A DNA stretch of 64,000 nucleotides, from positions 21,736 through 85,735 of IMG/VR virus record IMGVR_UViG_3300021256_000085, one strand, 5' to 3'. This document shows positions 28,604 to 39,877 of the stretch, one piece after another; within the stretch, counting starts at the first letter, position 1, and every line of letters starts with the position of its first letter. Position numbers and translations under genes: made by a program. Below the pieces are notes generated by a model. The model did not search any database, was not told where the DNA came from, and saw only the letters and a list, made by a program, of their open reading frames with translations. This DNA comes from a virus. Taxonomy: Duplodnaviria > Caudoviricetes.

Positions 28604-29484
28604 TTTATAACTGATTTTATAAATTTATCATCTTTAAGTTTATTCAATGCAGAGCCACGTTGATTTGGTAATGCCGATTGTTCATCATTTTTCTTAGTTC
28701 CACCCTTAAATGTTTGTGGCATATTTTCTCTAGATGGAGAATTCTCAGCTGGATAATTATTTGATTTAATATCCATCAATCTCTCACATAACCAATCAAC
28801 AATACTTTTAAAATCTTTGCATTCATCTATATAATTAATATAATCATCAATAAGATCTTTATTAAAAATATCTTCTATATATTTTTGAAGTTTTGCCTTC
28901 GTCATTTCATCATCATATAAGTTTGGTCCAGAAACACTATTATATGGTAATTGATGCACATCTTGTTTAGCTTTTACGGCGGCAATTGTTCCTTGTACGG
29001 CTTTTAACATTTGAATAGGTGAAATATCTCCATCATAATTAAAAGATAATATTTTACCATTTGGATTTAATATAATAGATTGAGCCCATGAATGATGTCC
29101 ATCTATAATATAGTTTTCTCTAAAAGTCACAATTGGTTTATGATTAATAACTATTGGTTTATCAAATGTTTGTTTAAAAGCTTTTTTCTGTGTCAATATA
29201 TATTTTAAAGACTTATTTAAATCAATGTCTGATTGAGTTGGGATTAATTGAGAAACAGGAATTTCTTTGACAGAAAAAACTAATTTTGTATCACCTAATT
29301 CACCACCAAATCCATCTTCTAATAATGCTTTAGCCTTTGGGTCATCCAACATTTTATTTAAAGCATCTACATAATCAATATATTTCTTATGTTTCAACCA
29401 AGATTCTAATTCTTTCTTACGTTGCTTGTTTGAATTAGTTGATATACCAGAAGACTCAAATATATATTGAGAGAATATTTTCAT
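28600..29484 (-). CDS. ParB/Srx-like nuclease-fold protein with leader MKIFSQYIFE
   Basis: IPVSQLIPTQ...PIVTFRENYIIDGHHSWA. Confidence 0.7.
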   Translation of the reverse strand: MKIFSQYIFESSGISTNSNKQRKKELESWLKHKKYIDYVDALNKMLDDPKAKALLEDGFGGELGDTKLVFSVKEIPVSQLIPTQSDIDLNKSLKYILTQKKAFKQTFDKPIVINHKPIVTFRENYIIDGHHSWAQSIILNPNGKILSFNYDGDISPIQMLKAVQGTIAAVKAKQDVHQLPYNSVSGPNLYDDEMTKAKLQKYIEDIFNKDLIDDYINYIDECKDFKSIVDWLCERLMDIKSNNYPAENSPSRENMPQTFKGGTKKNDEQSALPNQRGSALNKLKDDKFIKSVIK

Positions 29485-29493
29485 TGTTAATAT

Positions 29494-32400
29494 TTATTTG
29501 ATTAATATTTTTTTATTGATTTCTTGAGTATTCAACACATTATTATCTAATGAATATTTAATAGATAAATCATAATACCCTTTATCATAAGTATTATTAG
29601 AAGTAATTGATATAATTGCGGTGTTTGTATTAGCATAAATTATCTTTGATGTATTTGCACCAAATGTAACTGGTTTGATATTCCATTTTGAAGATATATT
29701 CAAGTTAACCGGTAACATTTTGTTATTATATAAAGAACAAACAATAATATCATCTTGGTTAAAATGATATATATTCTCTTTATAGTTTATTTTCATTCTA
29801 TTAATTAAAAACAAATCACGTTTAGATTGATGTTTTAAATAATATTCTTTAAAGTTTATCTCTTGAGGATATTGATTTAACTCAACTAAATTATCAAATA
29901 AATTACAAGTATTTTTAGAAATAAACATAATGTACCAATATTCTTCTACTTCTTGTCCTTCAATAGGTAGAGTTTCTGGTCCATGCATTAAATACATATC
30001 ATATTCCTCATTATTTGTAATATGTATATATGAATCCCAAATTTCTTTGATAGTGTTTGACTCATTAGTTTCCGAATTCAATAAATCAATTGAATATCTC
30101 TTATAATAGAATTCTTTATAAAAATCAACTAAATTCTTATCATAATTCTTATCTTGATCTTTAGGTAAGTATTTGATTTTTTGATTAATTTCCCAATATT
30201 TATATAAATGAGGAATAACAGTAAATGTGGATGATGAATAGTTTGAATTAATCTTAAAATATAATAGAACTTGTTTTTCTTTTCCGGTTAATTCTAATCG
30301 TTTAAATTGATTATAATTTGAATTAGTCTCTAAGATATTATCAAATTCTTGTATATCTAAATGATTGTCATTTTCATCAATTATATCTACACAAATAACA
30401 AATAGATTTCTCTTGTCACCATTCTTGTTAAACTCACAACAAGGAATGAAATTTCCACTTAACCCTGTAATATTTTTGCATAAATAATTGATATATTTAA
30501 AAGTATAATTCTCATCATTATCAAAATCAGCATTTTCTATTTCATTATAATGGTATAAATTATTCTTGTTAATATCATCAATCAATACATTATTCTCTTC
30601 ATCATATGTTGCCCAATATAATGAAGGATTATCACCAGATAATTCGGTTAATTTATCTATATATTTAGAATCATAGTATCTAATATATTTACTAGATTTA
30701 ATCAACGGAACATTAGTATATTTTGTAAAACCTCCATTTTTATTTGGAAGATTTAAAGTACAAGTTGCTGAATTATCATCAATCTTTACAAAATCTTCAC
30801 TTAATGGTTTTACATTATTAATTAATGATTCACTATAATAACCATATAGATTCAATATCTTGATAATGTCATAATAATAGAAATCCAATCTAGCATATAT
30901 TGATCTGTCTACTAATTCTGAACTTTTCATTCTTTGATAAAGTTCTGGAGTATATTGAACAAATTGATCTTGATTATTTGTTTTAATTTTTAAATATGGT
31001 GTAAAATGGAAATATAATAAATATTTATAATCTTCTGTTGTATAATATAGTTTTTGATTTAATGAGTCATATTCAACATTCTTATAATTGAAATTATCTA
31101 ACATTGAAGATAATATTGGTTCTTTAGAAAAATCAACATTTAAGTTAATATTTGATTGATTATCTCTAATTTCATCAATTTTATAGATAAAATATCCTAT
31201 ATTGATTTTTTTATCATGATCTTCTTTAATAGTATATAATGAATCAGCGGATTGTATTGGAGTTATAATATTACCATTTTCATCTCTTGATAATATATAA
31301 TACCAAGCACTATCTTCTTTTAATGTAATACTATTATTCAATTCATTAAACTCTTCATTCAAATAATAGTTATAGTCATCTTTAGTATTTATTTCTTTAC
31401 TAATTTGATTAACAAAACTAATACGTAATGTATTGTCTAATGGTGAAGATCTTTCAATTAATATATTATCACATAAAGCTCTAAGATTTGATTTAAACTT
31501 CAACAAATCTAATATATTACCAGATTTATCTTTCAATGATAATTCTTTTTTATATAAATCATAAAGATGTACTCTATTCAAATATTTAGAGTTATGACTG
31601 ATATTAATATTTTCTTGATATTTGTTTACTAATTCAGTTATATCCTTCTTGATAGATTGGCTGATTTCACTATCTAATAAATCTTTATATTTCTTTTGGT
31701 ATAATCCAAATTGTGTACTATTCACATGTACAAAATCTGAATCATTCATATAAGAATTGAAATGAACTTGATTATCATCAATATAATCAATTTGGGTGAA
31801 ATTAGAAAAATATTTAGTTGGACTATCAAAAAAATCTTTATTTTCAATATATTCGGTAATATCTAATGAATCATCCTTTTGACCATCTTCTTTATTATAA
31901 AAATTAAAGATAATTTTAGTATTATTCACATATGATATTCTTCCTAATGAATCAACATTTTTTATAATTTCTCCATTTTCATCTTTTTGACTATTTAAAT
32001 GATAAAGATAATTAAAATAGTTAATATCATTAATCCAATATTTATATTCCAAAGTACCAATATGAACATCTAATTCATGTATTTTTGAAGTAAATGTATA
32101 TTCATACCAATAGTTGTTTACATTCAAATAAACTGTATATGATTTATTCACATAAGTATATAAATGCAAATTAGATAATTCTTCAATCATCTTTGGATAA
32201 AATACAAATCCATTATATGTACAATTCTGATTTGATACAAAAGAGAATTGTGACTTATATATAATTTGATTCAATAAATTATCTTTTAATATAAAAATAC
32301 AATTATAATATCCAAATTCTGGAAATTTGATTGGGATAAATAGACACGTATCATTAATCAAATATTGGGTATTATTTGTATTTAAATATTTTATCTCATT

Positions 32401-33738
32401 AAAGTTTTTATCAACTAAATGTTTTTGATGTGTAAAATACAAGAAATTCTCTTTACTAAAAGTAATATTTAACTTATCTCCACAAGCATCAATAATAGGT
32501 TCATAATAATGATCATGAACATAATTCAATTCTTTATAGTCATTAGCATATACTTTATATTCAACATTCAAATTACGTAATGTAATGAACATTGGTAGAA
32601 AATATGTTTGGTAATAATATGCCAAACAAGATAATTTGAACATCAAGTCATATAAAGAGTATTGAAAATATGTTGATAAATATTTGAATTGTTGATCTTC
32701 TAAATATTCTTCAGTTGATATAATTGTTTCTTTATTTGTCAAATCTCGTAATTTTGGTAAACCTTCACCCCAAAATTGATCTTTTATAGATTGCTTATAT
32801 CTTTCTCCGGTATCTTCATTCAATTTGAATTGGAGAGATATATATTGAGTATTGATAAAAAATCTAAAGGCTTTAATTAAATCAGTATGAATTTCAAAAT
32901 AATCACGTACATATTGATTTTTGAATTCATTATCAGTTTCAATTAACTTATATATATTTAAGTATTTACCAAATCCAAACCACTTTAATGATTGAATTGC
33001 AGAATTATAATTACCACATTCTCCTTTGATTCCCATGTAGTTAATCATATATTCTTTTAATTTTTTATTATACAATTCTTCATCAAATACATCATTATCA
33101 AATGGAGTTCCATTAATAGCTTTCAATATTTCATGTGGTAAATTGACACCCATATTTCTACCATTAATAGTCAAAGATTCATATTCAGCATTGAAAATTC
33201 CACCAATGGTAATAGGACACCAAACTTCTTTGTTTGAATATTTGTTATTAATATGAATTAGTATATTTGACAACCATGTTCCAACATATTTTGCATTTGC
33301 TACAACATATATTGGGATCATAATATAATTCTTATCACCTTCTGAAACTTTTAAAATCAATATCTCATCATCTTGATTTGAATCTAGTTTTTGATATTTA
33401 TTACTTTCAGATATCAAGATGTTATTTAATATTGATTTTTCTTGATGTAATGCATTTTGAAATTCATTGACTTTAATCATACTAAATATTTCTGATTCTA
33501 AAGTCAAGTCAATATCATATATATTAGAAATAACTGTATTTTCTAAATCTGTAATATTATCAACTTCATATAAAATATTAATTATTTTCCCATAATAATT
33601 ATTGATTGACAAATGATTGTTATTGTTGGAATCATTAAACCAAAAAATATAATCTTGTTCATCATATTCATATCCAATTGGATTTTGGGTATACTCTTTT
33701 AAATTAAAAATATGAGCGCTATTATCTATAAATTGCAT
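29494..33738 (-). CDS. large (1414 aa) probable virion structural protein (baseplate/tail)
   Basis: Late-type motif at 33763; IKGECGNYNSAIQSLKWFGFG recalls baseplate wedge/tail proteins; Asn/Tyr-rich beta content. Confidence 0.4.
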   Translation of the reverse strand: MQFIDNSAHIFNLKEYTQNPIGYEYDEQDYIFWFNDSNNNNHLSINNYYGKIINILYEVDNITDLENTVISNIYDIDLTLESEIFSMIKVNEFQNALHQEKSILNNILISESNKYQKLDSNQDDEILILKVSEGDKNYIMIPIYVVANAKYVGTWLSNILIHINNKYSNKEVWCPITIGGIFNAEYESLTINGRNMGVNLPHEILKAINGTPFDNDVFDEELYNKKLKEYMINYMGIKGECGNYNSAIQSLKWFGFGKYLNIYKLIETDNEFKNQYVRDYFEIHTDLIKAFRFFINTQYISLQFKLNEDTGERYKQSIKDQFWGEGLPKLRDLTNKETIISTEEYLEDQQFKYLSTYFQYSLYDLMFKLSCLAYYYQTYFLPMFITLRNLNVEYKVYANDYKELNYVHDHYYEPIIDACGDKLNITFSKENFLYFTHQKHLVDKNFNEIKYLNTNNTQYLINDTCLFIPIKFPEFGYYNCIFILKDNLLNQIIYKSQFSFVSNQNCTYNGFVFYPKMIEELSNLHLYTYVNKSYTVYLNVNNYWYEYTFTSKIHELDVHIGTLEYKYWINDINYFNYLYHLNSQKDENGEIIKNVDSLGRISYVNNTKIIFNFYNKEDGQKDDSLDITEYIENKDFFDSPTKYFSNFTQIDYIDDNQVHFNSYMNDSDFVHVNSTQFGLYQKKYKDLLDSEISQSIKKDITELVNKYQENINISHNSKYLNRVHLYDLYKKELSLKDKSGNILDLLKFKSNLRALCDNILIERSSPLDNTLRISFVNQISKEINTKDDYNYYLNEEFNELNNSITLKEDSAWYYILSRDENGNIITPIQSADSLYTIKEDHDKKINIGYFIYKIDEIRDNQSNINLNVDFSKEPILSSMLDNFNYKNVEYDSLNQKLYYTTEDYKYLLYFHFTPYLKIKTNNQDQFVQYTPELYQRMKSSELVDRSIYARLDFYYYDIIKILNLYGYYSESLINNVKPLSEDFVKIDDNSATCTLNLPNKNGGFTKYTNVPLIKSSKYIRYYDSKYIDKLTELSGDNPSLYWATYDEENNVLIDDINKNNLYHYNEIENADFDNDENYTFKYINYLCKNITGLSGNFIPCCEFNKNGDKRNLFVICVDIIDENDNHLDIQEFDNILETNSNYNQFKRLELTGKEKQVLLYFKINSNYSSSTFTVIPHLYKYWEINQKIKYLPKDQDKNYDKNLVDFYKEFYYKRYSIDLLNSETNESNTIKEIWDSYIHITNNEEYDMYLMHGPETLPIEGQEVEEYWYIMFISKNTCNLFDNLVELNQYPQEINFKEYYLKHQSKRDLFLINRMKINYKENIYHFNQDDIIVCSLYNNKMLPVNLNISSKWNIKPVTFGANTSKIIYANTNTAIISITSNNTYDKGYYDLSIKYSLDNNVLNTQEINKKILIK

Positions 33739-33863
33739 TACTTTCTAAGTTATCTAATATTATATATAAAAATAAAAATCGAGTTTTATATAATCTGGAT
33801 TTTTTGAAAATAATTAATGAAATTAAACTATTTTAATTATTATAAATATATTTATAAAGTTCA

Positions 33864-34226
33864 ATGGAAAATAATAAAGTTCTTGGATTAGATGGGAAAT
33901 TATATGATCCAGCTCCTGAAAATGTTAATGTGTTTGAAGATAATACTCCTCCAACTCCACAAACCGGTATGATTATGGATAATATTGATAACCCATTAGA
34001 AAATAAAGAAAATACTCAAAGTTTAAATGAATTAGAAAATAAGACTAAAATTGATGCTAAAGCATTACAAAGATTAATGAGTTATCAAAATAGATTACCA
34101 TCGGTTAGAGAATTTCCAAAAATAGGTAGAAATGACCCTTGTCCTTGTGGTAGTGGAAAGAAATATAAGAACTGTTGCTTATCTTCAGGAAAATATGAAA
34201 AACTTGTAAAACAAACTAAAAAATAA
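33864..34226 (+). CDS. SEC-C zinc-binding motif protein
   Basis: [20 protein letters not shown]. Confidence 0.85.
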   Translation: MENNKVLGLDGKLYDPAPENVNVFEDNTPPTPQTGMIMDNIDNPLENKENTQSLNELENKTKIDAKALQRLMSYQNRLPSVREFPKIGRNDPCPCGSGKKYKNCCLSSGKYEKLVKQTKK

Positions 34227-34259
34227 AAAAAATGGAAGTTTAAAAAGCTTCCATTTTTT
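34227..34259. terminator. bidirectional terminator
   Basis: AAAAAATGGAAG / CTTCCATTTTTT; stem resembles the one at 27089. Confidence 0.75.
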
Positions 34260-37200
34260 ATTCATCAAAATTAAATAATGAATATTGTGAATTATTTTTT
34301 ATAACCTCATCATCAATAATATTATCTGGAATATTCATGACATTACTTAAATGATTAGTATTCTTTTGTTTGTTCATAAATCTAGTATTAGATCCATCTA
34401 ATTCAGAATACTTGTAATAATCAAATGGTTTATTCACTATATTCACAATATCATCTTTAATATCATCTAAAGTTAATTTTTGTGTATGTGGTAATTGATA
34501 ATCATATATGAATCCATTATTATCATCTTCAGTTGGTTTCATATTATTCACCAAATCTTGTAAAAAGAATTCTTTAGTGTTCATATATCCACCAAATATA
34601 TCATCTACATCAATTTTCTTTTCCCAAATCAATGTGAATGGTTCAATATGTATAATTCCTTGTTTAGATTCTTTTTTAATGACAATCACATCAAATAAAT
34701 CTTTAACTAAATCATACATTGAATCTAAATATCCAATATCATCAACCACCACATTCTTTACCACATTACATATCTTTGCTGTATAATTACCAATCCATTG
34801 TTGAATATCCTCTTTATTCAAATATGGATTTTCCTTAGCAAATTTTTGTGCATCAACAATAAATTTATAAATTGGTAAATCTATTCTATTCTTACGACGA
34901 TTATCTTCAATAATTACAAATCTCTTAATTCTTGTCAACTTTGAATAATTAATTCTTCCAGATTTTCGTTCTTGACAATACTTGAATATCTTTACAATAA
35001 TTTCAGGATCATAGAATTTATATAATGTCAAATATATTGGTAGATTCTTTAATACAATCTCTAAATCTTCAGCATATAGATTATTTTCTTCTCGAATTTC
35101 TTTATATTCATCATCAGTAAAAATACTATATGAACCTTTTAATATATCTTTATAAATATCAATATTTGAATCATCAATGTGTTCAAGAAATTTAAATGTC
35201 TTAACAGTATTCTCACAAAAATGATGATTTCTACAATCTTTGATAATTTGTTCAGCTGAATCTTGATCTAATATAATCTCATCCGGATTATCATGAGTTT
35301 TTATATTTATAGTATATCCATAATATTTCAAGCTATTCATCAATACTTGTAATTGTTTTGAATATTCTGAATATCTTTCTTCAAATATTTGTAATTTAAA
35401 AGCTGTCTCATCAATATAATATTTAGCATCATTTTCATCATACTTTATATATTTATTAGTTGATAATAAAGATGATATCAATGGATTATATTTTGATTCT
35501 TCTTCATTACGTTCAATCATATCATTACAAGTTTGAATAAAATCTTTTATTAATAACAAAGTAGAATTATCAAAATCTAAATTCAATCTATTAGTAGTAT
35601 AATATGGTATACGATTATTATTTGAGTCAAACATCTCTAAGAATATCTTGATATATAAATCATTATTACGTACTCGGTTTGCAAATTGCTCTATATCTTG
35701 TGGAATCCATAATTGACTAAAATACACTGTAAAATTATATTTATCACAAATATCAACACCAACAGACAAATAGTTTGAGCACATAATTAAATCATTATTA
35801 CCAATTGACTTATTGACTTCAATATTCACCATTGACTCATTACCATAATTAGATTTCTTGTAATAAAATGACTTTAAAGGTTTCTTATATCCTTTCTTTA
35901 ACAATATATCTGAAAGTACACCAATCAATTGATCATAATATAGATTACCATTATTACATGGATATATGATTTTTTTACCATCTATTATATCATCTGCCAT
36001 ATGTTGACACATAATCACTAACTTTTCATTTTTAGTTTGACACATATGTATCTCAACATCTTTGACACGATGATCTTCTTTAATCACTTTGATATTCTTG
36101 ATTCCAGGAAAAAACAATATTTCACCAGTTGGAGTACCAGTCATCATGATAATCTTTGCGCTATGACAATTAGCTAATCTTTGAATTGTTGGGGACATTA
36201 CATCTCGATATGATGAAGTATATAATAAATGAGATTCATCAATAACAATATATTTAAAGTTAGCTTGGTCAAGTTCCATGATATTCAATCTTGAGAATTT
36301 ATCAATAGTCATAGCCATATTGTTATCACTTAAGATTTCTTCCAAAGTTGGGCGTTTATTACCATAGTAATATAACCAATCTTTAGTTACTTCAGATGCT
36401 TCAACTTTAGCTTTAATAGTAGAAGTGAAAGGTAAAATCAATAATGTCTTTTCTTTTAATGACTTAATCATCTCAGTTTTACCATATCCAGCACCAGCTT
36501 CTAACAAAGTTATATTTTCAAGATTATCTAAGATTTGTGATTTGATATCGGATAAATATTGATTAGATTTCAAATAAAGATATGTCTTGTCAATATTATC
36601 ATTCAATACTTTAATTGGATCAATACTATTATCTATTTGGTCAATCTTTTCTTGTAATTGATTTATCTCATCATTATATACACTATTATTGACTTTGATA
36701 TTAAATCCATGATCTTTATTTAAAGTTTCAACAGCCCATAAAGATATAGGTTTATTATGCAATGCCGCCGTCTTGATGTCTCCTTTTAATTCTTGATATG
36801 GAGTATTTGCACAAATATCTAATATTAATGCTAATGCTTTTTGTTCACCATATAATGCAGTTAATGTATTAGCTATTTGCCAACGTTGAATATGTTTATA
36901 GTGAATTTTCTTATTCTTAGATATATCTCGTTCATCAACATTTAGGATATTTTCTACATCAATTGGTTGGTTGACTCTATCATTTGAGAACCATTCTAGT
37001 TTCTTGAAAATCTCTTTTAACTCAGGATGATATATCCAATTAATTGACTCAACTCCATTATTTAAAGCTGGTTCAAAATTTACATCTAATCTTTGATTGT
37101 TAAAATTTGTGTTAATTAAGATATTATAATCACTACCAATGAAAATACCTTGTTGTGGTTTAGCCATTGCCATATCAATAAAACTAATCACATCCTCATG

Positions 37201-37869
37201 GGTATATTCATATTTTTCACAAAATCTAGTCAAAATCAAATATATATAAGAATATTTGTGCCTAAAATTACAAATATACTCTATTTTTCGTTGGTCATGG
37301 TCAATGGTAATAGGTTGTATTTTAGTCCATATATGTAAAGATTTTCTTGAAGCTGACAAACTAATACTTAAAAACCAACTATATTTAGACAAACAATTGA
37401 ATAATTCTGGTTTGAGTTTATTTGCTAATTCAGCATTCTTGATATCTAAGTCAATAATCTGAACACCATTCCAAATATCATAACCCATCTCACCAATTGG
37501 ACGATCAATTGAACGAGTTGGATATATTACTTTACGTTTGTTTTTTTCAATGTCATAATAAGACTTATCAATAACTAATTCAATAACTTGTCTAAAATCC
37601 CAAATTGAACCTTGTTTTTGGCGAATATTGTTAATCACCAAAGTCTTATTATTCTTAAGTTGATTATCAATGAAATATTTTCTTTCATTTTCTGGACACT
37701 CAAAAAAATTATTAGAAGAATATATAAACTTAGATTTATTTTCTTCTAATGAATTATTTGAAGATAATTGTGAAAATAAATTTAATATATCTGTTAAAGA
37801 TTGTTTTTTATCTGAAACTTCTTTATAAAAATTATATAATTTGGTTATATGGTTATTAATTACTGACAC
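34258..37869 (-). CDS. primase-like (AEP/VirE-N type) plus SF2 helicase fusion
   Basis: IIDLDIK and SASRKSLHIW (AEP-like motifs); EAGAGYGKT; IVIDESH; MTGTP; LSVGVDI; QFANRVR. Confidence 0.7.
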   Translation of the reverse strand: MSVINNHITKLYNFYKEVSDKKQSLTDILNLFSQLSSNNSLEENKSKFIYSSNNFFECPENERKYFIDNQLKNNKTLVINNIRQKQGSIWDFRQVIELVIDKSYYDIEKNKRKVIYPTRSIDRPIGEMGYDIWNGVQIIDLDIKNAELANKLKPELFNCLSKYSWFLSISLSASRKSLHIWTKIQPITIDHDQRKIEYICNFRHKYSYIYLILTRFCEKYEYTHEDVISFIDMAMAKPQQGIFIGSDYNILINTNFNNQRLDVNFEPALNNGVESINWIYHPELKEIFKKLEWFSNDRVNQPIDVENILNVDERDISKNKKIHYKHIQRWQIANTLTALYGEQKALALILDICANTPYQELKGDIKTAALHNKPISLWAVETLNKDHGFNIKVNNSVYNDEINQLQEKIDQIDNSIDPIKVLNDNIDKTYLYLKSNQYLSDIKSQILDNLENITLLEAGAGYGKTEMIKSLKEKTLLILPFTSTIKAKVEASEVTKDWLYYYGNKRPTLEEILSDNNMAMTIDKFSRLNIMELDQANFKYIVIDESHLLYTSSYRDVMSPTIQRLANCHSAKIIMMTGTPTGEILFFPGIKNIKVIKEDHRVKDVEIHMCQTKNEKLVIMCQHMADDIIDGKKIIYPCNNGNLYYDQLIGVLSDILLKKGYKKPLKSFYYKKSNYGNESMVNIEVNKSIGNNDLIMCSNYLSVGVDICDKYNFTVYFSQLWIPQDIEQFANRVRNNDLYIKIFLEMFDSNNNRIPYYTTNRLNLDFDNSTLLLIKDFIQTCNDMIERNEEESKYNPLISSLLSTNKYIKYDENDAKYYIDETAFKLQIFEERYSEYSKQLQVLMNSLKYYGYTINIKTHDNPDEIILDQDSAEQIIKDCRNHHFCENTVKTFKFLEHIDDSNIDIYKDILKGSYSIFTDDEYKEIREENNLYAEDLEIVLKNLPIYLTLYKFYDPEIIVKIFKYCQERKSGRINYSKLTRIKRFVIIEDNRRKNRIDLPIYKFIVDAQKFAKENPYLNKEDIQQWIGNYTAKICNVVKNVVVDDIGYLDSMYDLVKDLFDVIVIKKESKQGIIHIEPFTLIWEKKIDVDDIFGGYMNTKEFFLQDLVNNMKPTEDDNNGFIYDYQLPHTQKLTLDDIKDDIVNIVNKPFDYYKYSELDGSNTRFMNKQKNTNHLSNVMNIPDNIIDDEVIKNNSQYSLFNFDE

Positions 37870-38014
37870 TAATAAAATCTAATATATTTTTTGTTAATAT
37901 ATATTTGTAATGAGTCAATTTTCAATCATTCAAAAAATAATTTTTTTAATAATCTTTAATTCAATAATATACCATAAATTAAATTTATTATTAAATAAAT
38001 ATAGTATATTTTAC

Positions 38015-38854
38015 ATGAGTTGTACTACAAATAATATCCCTAAAACATCAGAAGATATTGTAAAATTAAATGCTCAAATTGAAGATCAAACTGACTATCA
38101 ATTTATACAACGAATTATACAAGATTTAACCCAATCTTGTGCATTACCTTTACCAATACCGGCAGCTGCTATTCCTCCATTAATCTTACAAGCGGCTCAA
38201 TTTTTCTGGGAAAACTATGATTTTGCAGTTGAAGAAAGATATTATTGTGTAAAAAATGCAGATTTTTGTAAATGTGGTCCAAATAGAACTATTACCCTTC
38301 CACAAAGAATAATATCAGTATTTGGTGTATATAAGACAACTAACACTTTTGCTTATGGAGCATTAGGTGATTTCTCATTAGAGAGAATGTTGATTAATAA
38401 CACTACTATGGCTGGTGGTATGGGTAATATTGGAGGGTTTAGTGATTTTTTTGGTGGTTCTGGATATAATTTGACTGATGTTATGGGTGCTATATATGAA
38501 GTTCAAACTTTTAAAAATATGTTTGAAGCTCCATTGACATATAACTTTAATCCATATTCTCATAAATTAGTTATATTAGGAGATCTTGGATATTCAGATT
38601 TAATTTTACAAACATACTTAAGATGTAAAATTCAAGATTTATACCAATTATATTATTTCTTCAGACTTTGTGTTTGTTTAGGTAAAAAATCCATGGCTAC
38701 TATTCTTGGAACATTTGAATATAAGTTACCAGGTGGAATTACTTTAAATTATGCACGATTTGAAGATAGTGCTGACCAAGAAATAGAAAAAATTGAAGAA
38801 TGGTGTAGAAGTCAACATTCAGCTGATTATTTCTTTAATACAATTACAGTTTAA
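38015..38854 (+). CDS. neck/head-completion protein, T4 gp13-like
   Basis: AAQFFWENYDFAVEERYY; C-terminal KLPGGITLNYARF...EIEKIEE resembles the gp13 LPGGVTIDG motif; ATG 38015 preferred over 37910. Confidence 0.7.
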   Translation: MSCTTNNIPKTSEDIVKLNAQIEDQTDYQFIQRIIQDLTQSCALPLPIPAAAIPPLILQAAQFFWENYDFAVEERYYCVKNADFCKCGPNRTITLPQRIISVFGVYKTTNTFAYGALGDFSLERMLINNTTMAGGMGNIGGFSDFFGGSGYNLTDVMGAIYEVQTFKNMFEAPLTYNFNPYSHKLVILGDLGYSDLILQTYLRCKIQDLYQLYYFFRLCVCLGKKSMATILGTFEYKLPGGITLNYARFEDSADQEIEKIEEWCRSQHSADYFFNTITV

Positions 38855-38857
38855 AAT

Positions 38858-39538
38858 ATGAAAAATTTAGATAGTTATATAACTGAGAAACTTGTTATTG
38901 GTAAAAATATCATTCATAAGAAAATTACAGTTTCAACAAGGAATGAGCTTATAACAATATTAGAAGAGCGTTTAAATAAAGATAAAGATGCCAACTTAAA
39001 TGATTTAGATGTTAGCCAAATAACCGATATGTCAGAGTTATTTAATGGTTTAGATCCACATAATATTAAAATTGATCTATGGGATGTCTCAAATGTTAAA
39101 GATATGGATAGTATGTTTTACCGTTGTCTAAATTTTAATTTTGACTTAAGTAAATGGGATATCTCTAATGTTAAAAATATGCATGGTATGTTTTATCTAT
39201 GTAAAAAATTTAATTCTGATTTAAGTCATTGGGATGTATCTAATGTAGATGAAATGGGTAGGATGTTTGAAGGTTGTGAAAATTTCAATTCTGATTTAAG
39301 TAATTGGAATGTTTCAAATGTTGAAAATACATCTCGTATGTTTTATGGATGTAAAAACTTTAATTCAGATTTAAGTAAATGGGATGTGTCTAAAGTTAGA
39401 TATATGAGTAATATGTTTTATCATTGTGAAAAATTCAATTCAGATATAAATCAATGGGATGTATCTAAAGTTAAAATTATGGATAATATGTTTAATGGAT
39501 GTAAATCATTAAATGAACCAAATTGGTGGAGAGAATAA
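38858..39538 (+). CDS. DUF285/BspA-like LRR repeat protein with extended leader MKNLDSYITE-KLVIGKNIIHK
   Basis: About six tandem 25-aa repeats FNSDLSxWDVSNVxxMxxMF, also visible at DNA level (39060-39510). Confidence 0.85.
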   Translation: MKNLDSYITEKLVIGKNIIHKKITVSTRNELITILEERLNKDKDANLNDLDVSQITDMSELFNGLDPHNIKIDLWDVSNVKDMDSMFYRCLNFNFDLSKWDISNVKNMHGMFYLCKKFNSDLSHWDVSNVDEMGRMFEGCENFNSDLSNWNVSNVENTSRMFYGCKNFNSDLSKWDVSKVRYMSNMFYHCEKFNSDINQWDVSKVKIMDNMFNGCKSLNEPNWWRE

Positions 39539-39563
39539 AAATAATTTTGAATTAATCTAAAGA

Positions 39564-39869
39564 ATGAAAACCTTAGATAGTTATATAACTGAGAAACTAG
39601 TTATTGGTAAAAATATTATACATAAAGAAAATAAATCTTGGGATAAACTTATTCAAGATTGGATAGATGAATGGGCAAAAGATGATTTTGAATATCTAAT
39701 GTTATTGATTGATAGATTTTTAGAAGATGATACTTTTGAAGGAGATACTCAAGATGAATATGAACCATTCTTACAATATGAGAAAAATAATAAATTTAAA
39801 GAATATTTCAAAGATAAAATTCTTAAATTTAAATTAGATGTGGAAAATCAAATAAAAAATATGAAATAA
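39564..39869 (+). CDS. acidic protein with extended leader MKTLDSYITE-KLVIGKNIIHK
   Basis: Leader nearly identical at DNA level to 38858. Confidence 0.7.
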   Translation: MKTLDSYITEKLVIGKNIIHKENKSWDKLIQDWIDEWAKDDFEYLMLLIDRFLEDDTFEGDTQDEYEPFLQYEKNNKFKEYFKDKILKFKLDVENQIKNMK

Positions 39870-39877
39870 AATAATAT

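Noticed and set aside
39060-39510. CRISPR-like or DNA tandem repeat array
   Set aside because: The 75-nt periodicity is the coding DUF285 protein repeat; there is no constant repeat with unique spacers.
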